Below, piece by piece: positions 61,764 to 64,000 of a DNA stretch of 64,000 bases; positions within the stretch are counted from its first letter, which is position 1, and each line of letters opens with the position of its first letter. This DNA comes from Eledone cirrhosa (taxonomy: Eukaryota). The translations under genes were made by a program, and so were the position numbers. The DNA is taken from NCBI GenBank assembly GCA_964016885.1, contig OZ024742.1:225866001-225930000 (forward strand), given 5' to 3'. Below the pieces are notes generated by a model. The model did not search any database, had not been told where the DNA came from, and saw only the letters and a program-made list of their open reading frames with translations.

Positions 61764-62170
61764 TGTAATAAACAACATAAGATAATTATTTCATTTATCA
61801 GTGGTTTCTTGAAAGCAAACAAATTTGCTTTCATTCATCAGAATGAAAAAATCCTGGTGTATTTATTGAAAGTGGATTTGCAAAACAAAAATGTAATAAA
61901 TATGAAAGTGAGGCTGGAGGAAGAAGAAGAAAAGGGGAAAAAAAAATATATATATATATAGGATAACAAGGTATCATTTAAGGTAATCCAGCTAGAGGTT
62001 ATAAGTACTCTATATCGAGGATAGTTTTAATGTACGCCGTTGTTTGACTCAACAAGAAGTTTCCTTAGTCGGGTGCCAGTTCAAGAAAGTTCCTAGGCAG
62101 GCGGTTCTTGGAGTAATAATATCAAAAGAATGAAGAATAACATGGTCGGCTGTACAATAGGGTTTATTTA

Positions 62171-62293
62171 CAGTATTAACAATTGTTTCATTAGTCTGGT
62201 GTGTCTAAAAGTTGCTGATCGCTAGACGTTACACCACTCGACCTTAATTACAGTCGATACCCGACCAAATCTGACCAGATCATCAGAATACTG
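62171..62293 (-). ncRNA. Type I hammerhead with large stem II insertion
   Basis: Minus: CAGUAUU CUGAUGA ucugguc...gacuaau GAAAC AAUU GUU AAUACUG; 7-bp stem I; palindromic ACAAUUGU. Confidence 0.75.
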
Positions 62294-62295
62294 AT

Positions 62296-62397
62296 GTATT
62301 CTGACGATTTGGTTGGGTATTGACTATAATTAAGGTCGAGTGACATAACTTTTAGCGACTTTTAGACACATCGGACTAATGAAACAATTGTTAATAT
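62296..62397 (+). ncRNA. Type I hammerhead (inverted copy)
   Basis: GUAUU CUGACGA uUUGGUU...GACUAAu GAAAC AAUU GUU AAUAU. Confidence 0.7.
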
Positions 62398-62445
62398 TGT
62401 AAATAAACCCTATTGTACAGCCGGCCATGGTATTCTTCACTCTTT

Positions 62446-62492
<47 letters not shown>

Positions 62493-63012
62493 GGTAGATA
62501 AGGTTTTGTTTATGTATATCAGGAATGAATGCTTAAACAAGAAATTTGCTTACCAGTGAGTTTGACTCAACGGTATCCATTGAATCGTATAGCATAAATA
62601 TCCAAGCAGGGGAGTATGATATATAGGTCCAGAAGAGATCATGGAGTATATTAATATAAGCAAGTATTGTACTAAGAAAAATATAAATGTCGGCGTGAAG
62701 GAGATTAGGAATTTATTTGCTTTAACATATGTTTCTGTGTCTATTATATATTCTTAGAAAATGTAGAAATCCAAAATGCAGAAAATAACTGTAACTACAG
62801 TTTGTGACTACACCTGTTTGTGTGTGTCACCACCCCACCAACGCTATAGATAATTGCTTAGAAAATTAGGAGTATTTTACTTGATTTTCTATGCTATTAT
62901 TTATAGCAATTGACTGTAGTTACAGTTATTTTCTGCATTTGGGATTTCTACATTTTCTATGAATGTTATACCTGCCCAACACTCCAATATTTTTTGAAAT
63001 ATTACATATATA

Positions 63013-63045
<33 letters not shown>

Positions 63046-63129
63046 ACGTCTGGGGATGTATGGATAAGTGTAGTCATGGGATCTTGCATATTTATTCATG
63101 TGAGATTCACATAAGCCTGATCACCATCC

Positions 63130-64000
63130 TTTGAACTAAGGGCTAACAGGCACAATAGGGTACTTTCACAATATGTGGTAGCCTGTGGGTGACAGTGTCT
63201 GGAAGAAAGCAATGTAACAAGGCATTACAATACATCTAAGCAACTAAACATTTGCGAGTTTTCCTTGACTGCTGTCAAGCAACCACACTCACACTTCTCT
63301 TTTCTGGTCGGTCCAGAAAACAAACAAAGAACTCTCTTCTCATCAGATGTCAATGTTGGAATCATCTAAGGCAGGGATGGAGAGATGATGGAGATGTTAA
63401 AGAAGAAGTGTGTAGACGTATGCTGCATGAAATTAGTAAAATGGAGGGCGGTCTTCAGCCAAAATGACTACAGGCAAGGAACATAAGTACAAGTATTTTT
63501 AGGTGGGTAGCAGTAATGGTGTAGGTGAAGTAGGAATACTATTGGAAAAGAAATGGATGGATAAGGTAATTGAGGTAATAAGAATGTGTGATAGAATAAT
63601 TAAGCTTTAACTAACCTTGGACAACACAACAGTTGTGCTTATTTCTAGAGAAACTGAAGTATCATTTTTTAGGTATTCTCTTGTAGTAAAACAGAAGGAC
63701 CATTTTTATGAATTCTTAAAAACTATTTTGATGATGAATGGTTGTCACCTCATTATTGCAGCTGGTCACTTCAATGTAAGCCACTATATCTAGCTTTCAT
63801 TTATCTGGAGAAGGCTTTTAACAGAGTACCCTTATCTGACATCTGGTGGTCCTTAAGGAAATTTGGTGTAGAAGAATGGTTTATAAGAGCAGTTTCAAGC
63901 TATGTACAGAGGAGCTGTTAGTAATGAGAGTAAGAAGTGAGTTTAGCAAGCAATTCAGTGTGCAAGAAGGTATTTATCAGGGTTCAGTCCTCATCCCACT
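63130..64000 (+). mobile_element. Highly degenerate, internally deleted RTE LINE running off the window end
   Basis: Remnants of EN (GVGILLEKKWMDKV-like, AGHFN) and RT (GIYQGSVL). Confidence 0.75.

Larger units (their letters stand above)
61961..62448. mobile_element. (TA)n-flanked pLTR-like fold-back carrying two back-to-back hammerheads
   Basis: About 62124-62291 inverted versus 62296-62446. Confidence 0.75.

Overview
AT-rich, microsatellite-laden animal genomic DNA. The repeat content points to a cephalopod, probably Octopus (inference). The window is the interior of one large + strand gene: 16 GT-AG exons (4262-61645; 2478 nt, 826 codons) splice in frame into a mid-region segment of HYDIN, the ciliary central-pair protein. 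The introns hold RTE-clade LINEs with (GAT)n tails and an internal PHD-like finger, tRNA-derived SINEs, Penelope-like element (PLE) GIY-YIG remnants, nested non-autonomous Helitrons, a DD37D transposase remnant, a CRE-like remnant, piggyBac/hAT/Tc1-pogo MITEs and minisatellites. The most notable layer, invisible to the ORF track, is 12 hand-folded type I hammerhead ribozyme motifs from about 8 sequence families, mostly in (TA)n-flanked, often 5'-inverted non-coding inserts. The best case is a near-identical 3 x 466-bp head-to-tail array with one intact minimal hammerhead per unit and a terminal inversion, i.e. a retrozyme or PLE-pLTR multimer. Exon, ribozyme and TSD coordinates were counted by hand; limits of degenerate TEs are approximate. 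No searches or folding programs were run.
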